The notes under the pieces: model-generated
Databases searched by the model: none
Told to the model about the DNA's origin: nothing
Seen by the model: only the letters and a program-made list of their open reading frames with translations
Shown: positions 1 through 15,987 of the stretch, piece after piece
Numbering within the stretch: position 1 is the first letter of the stretch
Layout of the letters: each line of letters opens with the position of its first letter
NCBI GenBank assembly: GCA_052055015.1
Contig: JBQJIT010000020.1
Reading direction: 5' to 3' (one strand)
Origin: Malassezia furfur
Lineage: Eukaryota
Length of the DNA: 64,000 bases
Position numbers and translations under genes: made by a program

Positions 1-1982
1 TCGAGGGCGGGCACCGCTGGCGCTGCTGCATGTGCAACATCACCAACGAGGTGCCCCAGCTGTTTGACTGGGACGCCGAGACCAACCAGCCCGCGGACCG
101 CTGGAAACGCGCCGAGCTCACCTCGCCCGTGGTCGAGTTTGTGGCGCCGCGCGAGTACATGGTGCGTCCGCCGCAGCCGCCCGTGTATGTCTTCCTGCTG
201 GACGTGAGCCATGCGGCGGTGCAGGCTGGCGTCGTGGCGACGGCCGCCTCGACGATCCTCGGCGCGCTCGACCGCATCCCCAACAAGGATGCGCGCACAC
301 GCGTCGCGGTGATCGGCTTCGACGCGCAGCTGCACTTTTTCCGCATTGCCCCCGGCGAGACGGAGGCGTCGCTGCTGGTCGTGAGTGATTTGGACGACGT
401 CTTCTTGCCGCAGCCCAACGACCTGCTCGTCAACCTGTCCGAGGCGCGCGACGGCCTCGTGTCGCTCCTGAGCAACCTCGGCACGATGTACGAGCACGCC
501 ACGTCGCCGGGCAGCGCGCTCGGCGCCGCGCTCCAGGCCGCGTTCAAGCTGATCTCGGTGCACGGCGGCAAGATCGAGGTGCTCACCGCGTCGCTGCCGT
601 CGCTCGGGCCGGGCGCCCTCAAGCGCCGCGACGACCCGAAGCTGTACGGCGGGCCGCGCGAGTCGTCCATGCTCACCCCCGGCTCGCCGTTCTACAAGAC
701 GTTCCCGATCGAGTGCTCGCGCCACCAGGTGTCGGTCGACATGTGGCTCTTTGGCGCGGCGTACAACGACGTCGCGACGCTGTCGTGCCTGCCGCGCTAC
801 ACGGGCGGCCAGACGTTCTACTACCCCAAGTTTGACGCGCGCGTGCCGCAGGATGCAGAGCGCTTTTCGACCGAGCTCGGCAACGTGCTGGCGAGCCCGG
901 TGAGCTTCGAGGCGGTGCTGCGCCTGCGCGCCACGCGCGGCATCCGCCCGACGTCCTTCTACGGCAACTTCTTCGTGCGCTCCTCGGACCTGCTTGCGCT
1001 GCCGAGCGTCGCGCCGGACCAGAGCTACGTGATCGAGTGCGAGATCGAAGAGACGCTCAACCAGCCGATCGTCGTGTTCCAGAGCGTGGTGCTGCACAGC
1101 ACCTCGGACGGCGAGCGCCGCATCCGCGTCATCACGCTCGCCCTGCCCACCACCACGAGCCTGTCCGAGGTGTACGCGAGCGCCGACCCGGTGGCCATCA
1201 CCGCCGTGCTCGCCGCCAAGGCGGTCGAAAAGAGCCTGCACGCGCGCATCGACGACGCGCGCGGCTTCCTCCGCACGCGCCTTGCCGAGATCTTGTACAA
1301 CTACCGCGCGACCATGACCAACGCGCGCGGCGCCTCGGGCGCGCAGCCGCTCTCGATCGCCGCCAACCTCGTGTCGCTGCCGCTGCTCGTCCTGGGGCTG
1401 CTCCGCACCCCGGGGCTGCGCATCTCGACGCAGCTCTCGCCCGACCAGCGCGCGTACAGTCACACGCTGCTCAGCACACTGCCGATGCAGCGCCTCGTGC
1501 CGTACCTCGTGCCCAACTTTTACGCGCTGCACTCGATGCCGTCCACCGCCGGGCTGGTCGACCCGGCGACGCAGCTCGTGATGCTGCCGCCGCGCATGAA
1601 CCTGAGCAGCGAGCGTCTCGAGCGCCACGGCCTCTACCTGATCGACAACGGCCTCGATCTGATCCTGTGGCTCGGACGCGCCGCAGTGCCCAACCTCACG
1701 ATGGACGTGTTTGGCGCGCCGGACTACGCCAGCCTGCGCTCCGGCAAACTCACCCTGCCGGTGCTGGACAACCCCATGTCGAAGCGCGTCCACGGCATTC
1801 TCCACTACCTCGGCGGATCGCGCCGCGGCGTGTTTGCCCCGACGCTCTATCTCGTCAAGGAGGACGGCGAGGCGTCCCTCCGTCTCTACGCCCTGTCGCA
1901 GCTCGTCGAGGACCGCTTCGAGCAGACCAGCGGCTACATCCAGTTCCTCGGCCAGATTCGCGACAAGGTCAACGGGCACTAG
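1..1982 (+). CDS. SEC24: COPII coat subunit Sec24 (5'-partial)
   Basis: End of the zinc finger (WRCCMCN), [25 protein letters not shown] trunk/vWA start, beta-sandwich, helical and gelsolin-like regions. The frame is open to the window start. Confidence 0.95.
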   Translation, partial: EGGHRWRCCMCNITNEVPQLFDWDAETNQPADRWKRAELTSPVVEFVAPREYMVRPPQPPVYVFLLDVSHAAVQAGVVATAASTILGALDRIPNKDARTRVAVIGFDAQLHFFRIAPGETEASLLVVSDLDDVFLPQPNDLLVNLSEARDGLVSLLSNLGTMYEHATSPGSALGAALQAAFKLISVHGGKIEVLTASLPSLGPGALKRRDDPKLYGGPRESSMLTPGSPFYKTFPIECSRHQVSVDMWLFGAAYNDVATLSCLPRYTGGQTFYYPKFDARVPQDAERFSTELGNVLASPVSFEAVLRLRATRGIRPTSFYGNFFVRSSDLLALPSVAPDQSYVIECEIEETLNQPIVVFQSVVLHSTSDGERRIRVITLALPTTTSLSEVYASADPVAITAVLAAKAVEKSLHARIDDARGFLRTRLAEILYNYRATMTNARGASGAQPLSIAANLVSLPLLVLGLLRTPGLRISTQLSPDQRAYSHTLLSTLPMQRLVPYLVPNFYALHSMPSTAGLVDPATQLVMLPPRMNLSSERLERHGLYLIDNGLDLILWLGRAAVPNLTMDVFGAPDYASLRSGKLTLPVLDNPMSKRVHGILHYLGGSRRGVFAPTLYLVKEDGEASLRLYALSQLVEDRFEQTSGYIQFLGQIRDKVNGH

Positions 1983-2981
1983 GCGCCCACGTGCGCACCG
2001 ATGGCTTGCGCCGCGCCGTGCGCGAGCAGCTTGTGCACATGTGCCGTAGGGTGGTACAGGTCAAAGAAAAAGTAGCGATTCGGCTCGGCACACTCGTGCC
2101 GCTTCACGCCCGCAGCACGCTCGAGCTTTTGCGTGCCGACGAGGCACGCGTCGCGCACGTTGTGCACGCCGTAGCGCGTCGGGTGGTCCAAGATGCGCGC
2201 CTCCAGCGCCGCCACGTCCACCAGCGTCACGTTCGCCGCGCCGTCGTGCGCCCACATGCGCAGCGCCGCATTGACCCGGTGCGTAAAGCGCGTCGTGTTG
2301 GTGCGCGTCGCCGCGTCCGCGTAATCCCGCGCGTACGGCGTAGACTGCATCGGGCTCAGCGTCGGCACCACCACATGACGCGCGCCGTGCTGCTGCAGCC
2401 TCGCGACGTCGCGCTGCAACGCACGCACCACGTCGTGCGCCAGCTCCGTCACATTGCGCTCCGCACTCAGCCCAAAAAACGCGTCGTTCGAGCCACCCGA
2501 CACAATGTACAGCGCGTCCGCGTCGGCACACTCGTCGACGTGCGCAAGGTAGCGCGACACCTGCCCGCGCACATCGGGCACGGGCAGCGTCGAGTTGTAG
2601 CCAGAGTAGCCGCGCGCGATGCGGTTGTCGGTCGTTGCGCTGCCGTACGCATAGTCGTCAACGTGCGACACGTTCAGCAGGCCCGCGAGCTGCTCGGGCC
2701 ACGTCAGTCCGTTGCTAAAGCGGCCGCTGCGGTCAGAAGGCGCGGCACACCGCCCACGCACTCATAGTATGCCTGGTCCGCCGGCCACGTCCGGTTCGAC
2801 AACAGGTACGTCCCATTGCCCTGCGTCAGCCGCACCCACGCACATTGTCCACGAGCGAGTCACCGAACACAACAACCCGCGAGTAGGGCACAGACACGTC
2901 GTGTGCCGCTGCAAACGGCACCTGCAACGCCCCGCTCACGCACGCCGCGACGAGCGCCAGCCCGGACCAGCGCAGCACCAT
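1979..2981 (-). CDS. Secreted GDSL/SGNH lipase-esterase
   Basis: ATG 2981 followed by a hydrophobic signal peptide ([18 protein letters not shown]). Motifs [25 protein letters not shown] and DLYHP. Introns 2821-2843 (23 nt) and 2727-2761 (35 nt) join the exons in frame. Confidence 0.88.
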
Positions 2982-3021
2982 GGAGGGAAAAAAAGAAGGA
3001 TGCACACCTATTTGTACAATG

Positions 3022-3488
3022 CTACACGGCAGAGCGGCGCACCCCAGCCAGGCGGTCCATCACCGTGCCCACGACCGGCATGGACAGCAACTGGCCGATG
3101 CCGGGCACCTGCCGCAAAAAGTTGAGGATCACCGGGAAAAAGTCGCTGCGCGTCAGCGGCGCACCACCTACCCAAACAGGTTCAAGAACCCGATCGTCTC
3201 GACCAACATCCCAAGGAACGTCAGCCGCAGAAACACAAGCACCATGCCCGTGAAGAAGCACAACGTCCCGCGGATTTTTTGCTTCCGCGCGAAGAACGCG
3301 AGCGTGCGCTGGGGCCCAATGAGCATCGCAATCCCCGCGACGAACAGGACATTGCCGAGCGCGAGCAGCGTCGCATCAAAAAACAGCACCACACCCAGAA
3401 ACAGAAAAAAGACCCCGCCCGAGACCAGGCCGACGCCAATCTCTGCACGTTAGCACACGCACGCACTCTGCTGATCACTGAGCCACAT
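3022..3488 (-). CDS. GOT1: Golgi transport protein Got1
   Basis: Spliced product MWLSDQQKIGVGLVSGG...FFDATLLALGNVLF...GFLNLFGDFFPVILNFLRQVPGIG. Two introns of 24 and 26 nt. Confidence 0.9.
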
Positions 3489-3525
3489 CGCCGTCGGGTC
3501 GACGTGTCGAGAACATATTTCCACA

Positions 3526-4778
3526 TCACATCACGCGTCGCGCACGCGCCGACGCAATGGGGTGCGTGTCGCTCACCACCACCTTGCCGGGGGGATAGGG
3601 CGACACAGCATTGGCAAACGTTGCAAATGCGCTGCGTCAGCCTCGTTCACATACTTGGCCGTCGGAAGCGGCTCCTCCGCGAACCACGGGTGCTGCAGCG
3701 CCTGCGCCGCGGTGCACCGCCGTGCGGGGTCGTACTGCAGCAACTTGTCCAGTAGATCGTAGCCCGCCGAGGTGCCTGCACGGTTTGTGTACCATTGGTA
3801 CAGGGTCTTCGGGATCGCGTCACCACGGCGCAGTGCATGCCACGTTGCGTAGTCGGGCAGCGCGTCGAGCATCGGCCAACGCTCGCGCGTCGGCGTGCCG
3901 AGAATGTCGACAATCTTGCCGAGCTGATTGCTGTGTGAGGGCGCGGCGCATACGTACGTCTGCAGTGGCATGGCCTTCACCTTGGAGCTCATGCGTATCT
4001 CCTCGCCTTTGAACATCGGGCGCAGCGCGATCAGCTCGCCCCAGATGCACCCGACTGCCCATAGATCGATCGCTGGGGTGTAGTGCCGCGCGCCAAGAAG
4101 CAGCTCGGGTGCACGGTACCAAATCGTGACGACGACCATGTCGCTCGCGTGCAACGATACGAGTGGGTCGTAATACACGCGCGCGAGGCCCAGGTCGCCG
4201 ATCTTGACGACGCCGCGCGCAGTCATCAAAATGTTGGCCGGTTTCAAGTCGCGGTGCATCACCCAATTTTCGTGCAAATACTGCACGCCGTTGAGCACCT
4301 GCCATAGCAGCGACTTGATCATTGCGCCACTGATGGGCGTGCGTAGCACCGTGAGGTGGTGGTGGATGATTTGCAGAAAGTCGTGCTCGACGTACTCGTA
4401 TACCAGAAAGATGGCATTCTCCTCGAGGAGCACCTCGCGGAGCCACACGACGTTAATGTGCCGCAGCTCGCGATTCAGGCCGATCTCGCGAATCGCGCTC
4501 TGACTGATGCCGGTAAAGTTCGTCGCGTTCCCCTCGCGATCTGGCTTGAACTTTTTGATCGCATAGACTCGCGGCTCGCGCACCACGCTGTTGGGCGGCA
4601 CCAATTCCTGCGCCTTGTACACGCGACCGTACGTCCCCGAATTGAGAAAGCCCATCACACGGTAGCGTGCCAGGACGGGCGTACGCTGTGCATTTCGTCG
4701 CGCGCGATACGCGCGCATAATGTCCGCAGCCGATGCCGACGCGGGCACCGGCACCGACGCCGCGCCGTCTTGGGGCAT
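3526..4778 (-). CDS. SSN3: Mediator kinase Cdk8/Ssn3
   Basis: SGTYGRVYKA, YAIKKFKPDREG, GISQSAIREI, HRDLKPANI, KIGDLGLAR, VVVTIWYRAPELLLGARHYTPAID. Introns 3931-3957 (27 nt) and 3632-3654 (23 nt). The start could instead be the next Met (MRAYRARR). Confidence 0.92.
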
Positions 4779-4814
4779 CGAGCGCACAGACAGCCTCCAC
4801 CTCCTTCTGCTACG

Positions 4815-5849
4815 ATGTCGGGGGGGTTCTCGATCGTGGACGCTTTCCACAATGCGCTGCGCGAAGACGACGAGCTGCCGCACCCCATCGCCGCAATCTT
4901 CGCGCTGAGCGAGATGATTGGCACGTCCCAGGCGGAGACCACGTCGGAGCTGATGGAGAGCATTAAGCGCGCCTCGGAGGAGCTGAAGAACAGCCTGCCA
5001 AATCCCATCCCGGCCTCGGCGGGCCTCGAACTGTTCATGCGCTTCGTCACAACAAAGAACTGGGCGGGTGGTGTACGTGTTCCTACTCACGCAGGACTTT
5101 GAAACGCACAAACAGAACTTGATCACCACCGCGCTCGAGTTTGCACACAACACCGTGCCGAGTTGTCGCGAGCGGATTACGGCGCTGCTCGTGCCGTTCA
5201 TCAAGGACGACACGGTGATCCTCACGCATGCCTACTCGCGCGTCGTGATGCAGGTGCTGCTCACTGCAGTCAAGACGCACCACAAGCGCATCAGCGTGTA
5301 CGTCACGGAAAGTCGGCCTTCCGAGCATGGGTACGTTGTTTGGCCGCCTGACCCAGCCTGCGCACCTACCATGTGCTGTCCGAAGCGGGCATCCCGTGCA
5401 CTGTGGTGCTCGACTCGGCCGTCGGCTACATCATCCACAAGGTCGACATGTGTCTGATCGGCGCCGAGGGCGTCGCCGAGTCTGGTGGCCTGTTCAATGC
5501 GATCGGCAGCTACCAGCTCGGCGTGATTGCCAAGGCGGCATGCAAGCCTGTGTTTGCCGCCGCAGAGAGGTGTGTTTCCCCGACTTACGCCAGTTTCAAG
5601 TTCCTGCGCATGTTCCCCCTGTCGCAGTACGATGTGCCGCTCTCGCACAAGATGCTACCCTTCCCGACCAAGGCCGAGATGGAGAAGCACGTCGAGGCAC
5701 AGGAAAGCATGACCCCGGCGATGGAGGCCCTCAACCCGTCGTTCGACTATACCCTGCCGGAGCTCGTGACGTTCATTGTGAGCGACATCGGGATCCTGAC
5801 GCCGTCGGGTGTCTCGGACGCGCTGCTCGCCGTGTACGGCGGCGCATAG
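4815..5849 (+). CDS. GCN3: Translation initiation factor eIF2B alpha subunit
   Basis: AGLELFMRFVT, ILTHAYSRVV, VYVTESRP, IGAEGVAESGG, AAESFKFLRMFPLSQYD, LTPSGVSD. Introns 5073-5094, 5331-5356 and 5570-5593. Confidence 0.93.
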
Positions 5850-5896
5850 ATGCATCCATAGCGACCTCGCCTCTATGTGACTATGATGGTGCACGC

Positions 5897-8368
5897 TCAG
5901 CGGCGTCCCCCCTTTTTACCACCGCGCGCACTCGGCTTGCTCGGTCTGCTCGGCTTGCTTGCGCCGCCCTTAAACTTGCTCCGTGCGCTGCTCATGTCGC
6001 GCCCGAACGCGCCGCCCTTGTCGCTAGAGCGTAGTTCGGTAGAGATCTTGCGCCGCTTGGGTTTGCTCGGCTTGGCCTTGTACTTGGGCTCGTTCACGCC
6101 GAGCTCCTTGGGGCGCTGCGCACGCTTCGCCGCGCGGATACTTGCGTCGATCTCGCGCGAGTTGTTCTCCTTGGCATCCTCCTCGCGCATGAGTTTGAGT
6201 CGCTTTTGCCGCCGCGACAAGCCCGCAAAGCGGTCCTTCTCCTTTGCTTTGCGCTTCTCGGCCGCACGTGCCGCGTCCATCTTGGCGACGTATTCCTCGC
6301 GCGAGGCGCCCTTCGCCTCCGCCTTGTCCTTCTCACTCTGGAACCAGGTGCGAGCGGGGCGCGAGTAGATCTCGTCCTGGTGCGCGAGCATGTTTTCGCT
6401 CTTTTGCATCTGCATCTCGGCCTGGCGCAGCGCGCGCTCTTCCTTCTCCTCGGCAATCACCTCCTCGATGTCCGACTTGAGCGCATCGATGGCCGTGCTC
6501 ATCTTTTGCACCGCCTCGGCCGGAACCAGCCGGTGCTTAACCTGCTCCGGCGGGGTGCGTTTCAGCACCGCCTTAAGCAGGCGGCGGTCCGCCTCGCCCA
6601 CGAGCGTCACCGAGCGGCCCTGGCGCCCGGCACGCGCCGTACGACCGACACGGTGCAGGTAGGGCTCGAGCTGTGCCGGCATATCGTAGTTGATCACGGT
6701 CTGCACACCGCGAATGTCGATACCACGACTCGCGAGGTCGGTTGCCAGCAAAAAGTCCACTTTGCGGTCGCGGAAGTTGCTGAGCGACTGCAACCGCTGC
6801 TCCTGAGACAAATCGCCGTGCAACTCAGCGGCGGAAAGGCCCAGCAGACCAAAGATGATCTTGAGCTGGTGCGCCAATCGCTTGCTGCGCACAAAGATAA
6901 TGACCTGGTCCCGGAAGGTGCGCATGCACAGCGCCAGCAGCAACGCCGCCCGCTGCGCATCCTCGGCGGCCTTGCGCTCCGCCGCCGAGCCGGTCGTCGG
7001 CGCACGCACGCGCACAAACTCTTGCGTAAGTTTGGCCGCTGTCGAGCGCTTCGGGTCAACAAATAGGCGCACAGGCTGCCGCAGACTCAGGCGTACGAGC
7101 TGATCGACGTCGTCGGTCATCGTCGCCGAGAAGAGCATCGTTTGCCGCTGTTGGGGGCACGAGCGGACAATCTCGTTGAGTTGGTCCTCGAACCCATCCT
7201 CTAACATACGGTCGGCCTCGTCCATGACGAGGATCTCGATGTCGTCCAGCCCGAACGACGAGCTGTTTTGCACGTGGTCAATCAGGCGACCGGGCGTCGC
7301 AATGATAATGTCGGGCCGCAGCTTCAGCTCGGCCTCCTGCGCCTTGACAGACAGACCACCGACACACAGACAGAAGCGCACCTGCATGTACTGTGCCAGA
7401 GCCATGCCAACGCTGTGGCACTGGATCGCCAACTCGCGCGTCGGGCACAGGATCACCACACGCGACTTGGCGTCCTCAACGCCCTTTTGCCTGTACGACA
7501 AACGCTCCAAGATCGGGATCAGGAATGCTGCCGTCTTACCACTGCCCGTCACGGCGCCAGCCACAATGTCCTTGCCGGCCAGCGCAATGGGGATCGTGCG
7601 CGACTGAATCGGCGTGGGTTTTTGGAAATTCATCGCGCTCAGCGCACGAAGTAGCGGGCGGTTGAGACGCAGCGCAGAGAAAGAGGCCGTAGGTGCCTCA
7701 TTGGACTGCTCTTCGGCCGCAAAGTACTGCGCCTTGCGCTCGGCATCGGCGTCTTCTTCGTCATCGCTATCATCGTCTTCCTCATCCTCCGATTCAGGCG
7801 CCTCTTCGCTGTCCTCCTCGTCACTGCTCCCCTCGTCGTCCTGGAGCGGATCGGCCTCGCTTTCTTCTTCTTCTTCATCGTCGCTGGCTTGCTTGGCACG
7901 CGCACCGGTACCGAAGCCTTCGCCCTCGCTGCTTTCACTCTCATAGTCGGGCACATCGTCTTCGCCTTCATCCTCCTCCTCGTTCTCCTCCTCGTCAAGC
8001 TCAGGCAGTCGTGGCTTTACGTCCGCACGACGCCGCTCAATGATATCGTCAACCGTGAGTCGCGACGCCTCAGCACTATTCGCTCCGTTCGCGCGCGCCA
8101 CATGGAAGTTCCAGTCCTGCGGGTTGTTTTCGTTAGCGCCGTCCTCAAATTCAAACTCAGCGCCCATCTCGAGCGCCTCGTCATCGTTCTGGCTCGGCTT
8201 TCCGCTGTCCACAACCTTTTCCCGAGCATTGATGCTGGCTTTGGTCCCTTTCTTCTTAGGCACCACCTCTTCCTCCTGTACAGGTTCCTCTGGGACCTCG
8301 TCGTCAGAATCCAGCGTCATGACAAAGTCGTCGCGCTTGGCGCGCGGCTCGCGCGCTTTCGACACCAT
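5897..8368 (-). CDS. DRS1: DEAD-box RNA helicase Drs1/DDX27 (60S biogenesis)
   Basis: Acidic N-terminus, GAVTGSGKTAAF, PTRELA, DEAD, SAT, HRVGRTARAG and the Drs1-type C-terminal IYSRPARTWFQSE. Likely ATG at 8368. Confidence 0.92.
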   Translation of the reverse strand: MVSKAREPRAKRDDFVMTLDSDDEVPEEPVQEEEVVPKKKGTKASINAREKVVDSGKPSQNDDEALEMGAEFEFEDGANENNPQDWNFHVARANGANSAEASRLTVDDIIERRRADVKPRLPELDEEENEEEDEGEDDVPDYESESSEGEGFGTGARAKQASDDEEEEESEADPLQDDEGSSDEEDSEEAPESEDEEDDDSDDEEDADAERKAQYFAAEEQSNEAPTASFSALRLNRPLLRALSAMNFQKPTPIQSRTIPIALAGKDIVAGAVTGSGKTAAFLIPILERLSYRQKGVEDAKSRVVILCPTRELAIQCHSVGMALAQYMQVRFCLCVGGLSVKAQEAELKLRPDIIIATPGRLIDHVQNSSSFGLDDIEILVMDEADRMLEDGFEDQLNEIVRSCPQQRQTMLFSATMTDDVDQLVRLSLRQPVRLFVDPKRSTAAKLTQEFVRVRAPTTGSAAERKAAEDAQRAALLLALCMRTFRDQVIIFVRSKRLAHQLKIIFGLLGLSAAELHGDLSQEQRLQSLSNFRDRKVDFLLATDLASRGIDIRGVQTVINYDMPAQLEPYLHRVGRTARAGRQGRSVTLVGEADRRLLKAVLKRTPPEQVKHRLVPAEAVQKMSTAIDALKSDIEEVIAEEKEERALRQAEMQMQKSENMLAHQDEIYSRPARTWFQSEKDKAEAKGASREEYVAKMDAARAAEKRKAKEKDRFAGLSRRQKRLKLMREEDAKENNSREIDASIRAAKRAQRPKELGVNEPKYKAKPSKPKRRKISTELRSSDKGGAFGRDMSSARSKFKGGASKPSRPSKPSARGGKKGGRR

Positions 8369-8512
8369 CGCTGCAAGGCGACTCCTCCACGCGCCCAAAA
8401 AAAATGTGGACGAAGCCATCACGTGGCGATCGGGTGCCGGGTCGATCTGGAGGACCCGGCGGGTTGCTGCAGGTACGGTCTTCGATCGTAGTCGTCTGAC
8501 TCTAACCCCAGC

Positions 8513-10045
8513 ATGACCGATCTGGGCGCAACTTCGACGTCCCCGCCAAACTCAGCGGCTTCAGCCCCACGAAGGTTTGGGCAGATGTTGCGGAGATACA
8601 GCGTCGGTCAAAATACGTCGCAAATATCCACTTCTCCGCTTGGGGATGCCCCAGTGGCCCACGGCACCAGCCCCCCCACATCGCCCGTGCGGCCGCCCGC
8701 GCGCCGTTCGTCTGAAGGTCAGAGCAGCTCATCATCGCTGCCGCTCGGCGTGAAGTTGGCGCCGCTGCGTGCGGCGGCTGCCTCAGTGTTCGGCTCGAAC
8801 CGAAATACCATCAACAGCGATGCCTCGCAGTCGGCCTCGGCGACCAGCAGCTCGCCGACACCATCGCACCCTTTGCAGGATTCGCACAGCGAGCAAAGTG
8901 CTTCGTTGCCGGCTTCGGCGGGTCCAACACACAAGCTGCGTCTGGTGCCGTTCTTGGACATGACGCGCTCACTGCTGTTCGTCCCCACCGAAATTGCCCT
9001 GCGTGAAAATGGGCACGCGGTCCAATTTGGCCGCTTCACAGAGCGCAGGCGCACAGATACCCAGGCAGACATTGACACCACGGCGCCAGCCGTCGAGGTT
9101 TCCATGGCCGAGCCCCTCCCCCCCGCACTGGCCGAGGACCAGGCGGCGACTGCCGCACGGACGTCGGCAGCGACAGTGAACCGTCAGCAAACACGCATCA
9201 ACTTCAAAAGCAAGGTGGTGAGCCGGCTTCATGCCGAGATGTGGTGCGAGTCGGGCGGTAAGGTGTACATCCGTGACACCCGCTCCAGTAGCGGCACGTT
9301 TTTGAACCACCTGCGCCTATCGCCACCCGGCACCCTCAGCCGGCCCTTTGCGCTGAAGGACGGCGATGTGCTCCAGTTCGGGATTGACTATCAGGGTGGT
9401 GTGCAAGAGCTGTATCGCTGCATCAAGCTGCGCATCGAGCTGGACCACGACACGCAACTGCAACCGACGGCGTACGGCGCCAATATGCTCCGCCAACTGC
9501 AATCCATGCAGCCGGTGGCCGAAGCCGCCGGGTCAGACGCGCCGAAGATCGGGATCGTGCCGCCACCAGCCGACGATGCAGCGCCGACGCCCGCCGTACA
9601 GCGCACCTCCCGCGCAAGCCTCGCAGAATGCTGCATCTGCCTCTTCAAAATCAAAGTTTGCCAGGCACTTTTCATCGCACCATGCTCGCACATGTTCCAC
9701 TATAAATGCATCCGTCCGATCCTCACTCTGCATCATCCGGGTTTCTCGTGTCCGCTGTGCCGCGTGTTTGTCAACCTCGACGACGACGTCGAGATTGAGG
9801 AGGAAGAAGAGGAGGCGGTGGACCACCTGGCGATCGCCGGCGCACGTCCGTCACACACAGGCGGCGCTGGGACGCCACTCTCGAATGCGGCCTCAGAGCA
9901 CACTGAAGATACTTCGGACTCCATTGGCGAGGTGCACTCGGCACCGACCTCACCACTACATACCTCGGTTGGCGACATGCCAGCCAACACGCAACCGCTG
10001 GACGCAATCGCCGAGCAGGATAGTCCGGCACTAAGACCATCGTAG
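8513..10045 (+). CDS. DMA1: FHA + RING-H2 E3 ubiquitin ligase (Dma1/Chfr family)
   Basis: FHA motifs FGR, FKSKVVSRLHAE, RDTRSSSGTFLNH and LQFGIDYQGG. RING CCICL...APCSHMFHYKCI...CPLCR. Confidence 0.88.
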   Translation: MTDLGATSTSPPNSAASAPRRFGQMLRRYSVGQNTSQISTSPLGDAPVAHGTSPPTSPVRPPARRSSEGQSSSSSLPLGVKLAPLRAAAASVFGSNRNTINSDASQSASATSSSPTPSHPLQDSHSEQSASLPASAGPTHKLRLVPFLDMTRSLLFVPTEIALRENGHAVQFGRFTERRRTDTQADIDTTAPAVEVSMAEPLPPALAEDQAATAARTSAATVNRQQTRINFKSKVVSRLHAEMWCESGGKVYIRDTRSSSGTFLNHLRLSPPGTLSRPFALKDGDVLQFGIDYQGGVQELYRCIKLRIELDHDTQLQPTAYGANMLRQLQSMQPVAEAAGSDAPKIGIVPPPADDAAPTPAVQRTSRASLAECCICLFKIKVCQALFIAPCSHMFHYKCIRPILTLHHPGFSCPLCRVFVNLDDDVEIEEEEEEAVDHLAIAGARPSHTGGAGTPLSNAASEHTEDTSDSIGEVHSAPTSPLHTSVGDMPANTQPLDAIAEQDSPALRPS

Positions 10046-10123
10046 GCATATACGACGCGACTACACCGCAGCGCGGGTACGGCGTCCCTGATGACAATGT
10101 ATACCATCCGACTCGTCTACGGC

Positions 10124-14682
<4,559 letters not shown>

Positions 14683-15767
14683 TTAGGTCTGCCATAGGTG
14701 CGCTTGAAGCCACGCAAGCGACGATTGCGACAAATTGATCGCAGGGTCCAGCGCTGAAAATGGGAGCTCAGACTGCGGAAGCTGATCGTGTTGGTGCATC
14801 GCCAGCGCCGCGTACGACAGGTAGGAATGCAGCACGTCGGGGTGGTGGTCAGGCACCTTGGCAATCCCGCCCATGGGCGACTGTGCCGACAGCAGGAAGG
14901 CAACATCGGACGCTGCGTCAATGGCCGCATGGCACCCCAGCATCATCGCCGTCGCGCCGCACCAGAACGAGTAGCACGTATCGGCCGTCTTCTCGACACG
15001 GCCTTGGAAACCGGACAGTGGCACCTGCCGTGACAAAATCCAACGCTCCAGCTTTGTACGGTCGTTTAGCACGTCAAGCCGCTGCGCTAGCGTCAATGCA
15101 CCCACGACACAGTACGTCGATCCTGCATGCGACTCAAGCCCAGGCTCCTGTGCAAACGCCCCCTCATAGTTCTGGCAGCGCCTGATGTACTCAATTGCTT
15201 GGTTCATGTCTAGCATGGACCAGTCGTTGAACATGTAGGCGACGGCAAATGCACAATAGGTGAAACGCACATCGTGCTCGGTCCATCCGGGAGTCGAGAG
15301 GAAACTGCCGTCGGGCTGCTGCAAGTTGCGCACATGCATCTTGACGGCGTCCTTGTCCACGCGCGCAAAATCGTCGCGTAGGATAGCAAGGGCCAGCAGT
15401 GCAGTATAGGTCATGGGTAGATCCCCCTGGGTCAGTCGGCCGCACACACCATGTTACCGGCTGGCGAGCCGCGGAATCCGCCACCCTGCGACGCCGCTGC
15501 ATAAGTTTATCATGACTTACATAGTTGTTGAGCATAGATCCAGTCGATATAAGCCACCCGCTCCTTTTCAGTGATCACGTCGCTGTGCTGCAACAGGTCG
15601 AGTCCGCCAAGACAGAAGTAGGCAAGGGTCATCCTGCATCAGTCCATCGCATACCTCTGATTGTCAGCACTGGTGTAGGGCCTTTGCAGCATGGACATGT
15701 GCAGCGACCAGAACTTGACATGGCGCTTGACGGACAACGCCGCCAGCGGCGCGTCCTTCGCGGTCAT
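14683..15767 (-). CDS. CDC43: Geranylgeranyltransferase type I beta subunit
   Basis: Spliced N-terminus KRHVKFW...ADNQRMTLAYFCLGGLDLL, GGFRGSP, DVRFTYCA, ESHAGSTYC, GFQGRVEKTADTCYSFW, PDVLHSY. Introns 15634-15654, 15497-15520 and 15427-15449. Confidence 0.9.
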
Positions 15768-15987
15768 GCTGCTGGTCCAAGCTCCTCAACACCTCCACTC
15801 TGCTTGGCCAGCACGTGGTGCGCTGGGTCCCCACCGAAACCGAGTGCGCCAGCACGGCCGACACAGCCGCGCTGCATGCACGCTGCCCAAACCGGTGGTA
15901 CAGCACAGCAGTGCATCACAGCGCCAAGGTCGTCGCAGATGTGGGGTGCCCACCAGAATGAGGGTCTATCCATCGCTAATGAATTAA

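Noticed and set aside
1037..2767. 576-aa Arg/Ala-rich ORF overlapping SEC24 and the GDSL gene
   Set aside because: Shadow frame in GC-rich coding DNA.
7740..8000. Trinucleotide-like TCx repeats
   Set aside because: They encode the acidic Asp/Glu tract of Drs1 and are not an independent repeat.
15768..15987. 220-bp gap between CDC43 and RLI1 as a possible ncRNA or 69-aa peptide gene
   Set aside because: I found no convincing snoRNA, SRP or RNase P/MRP motifs and no protein family. It could simply be UTR or promoter; an Rfam search would settle it.
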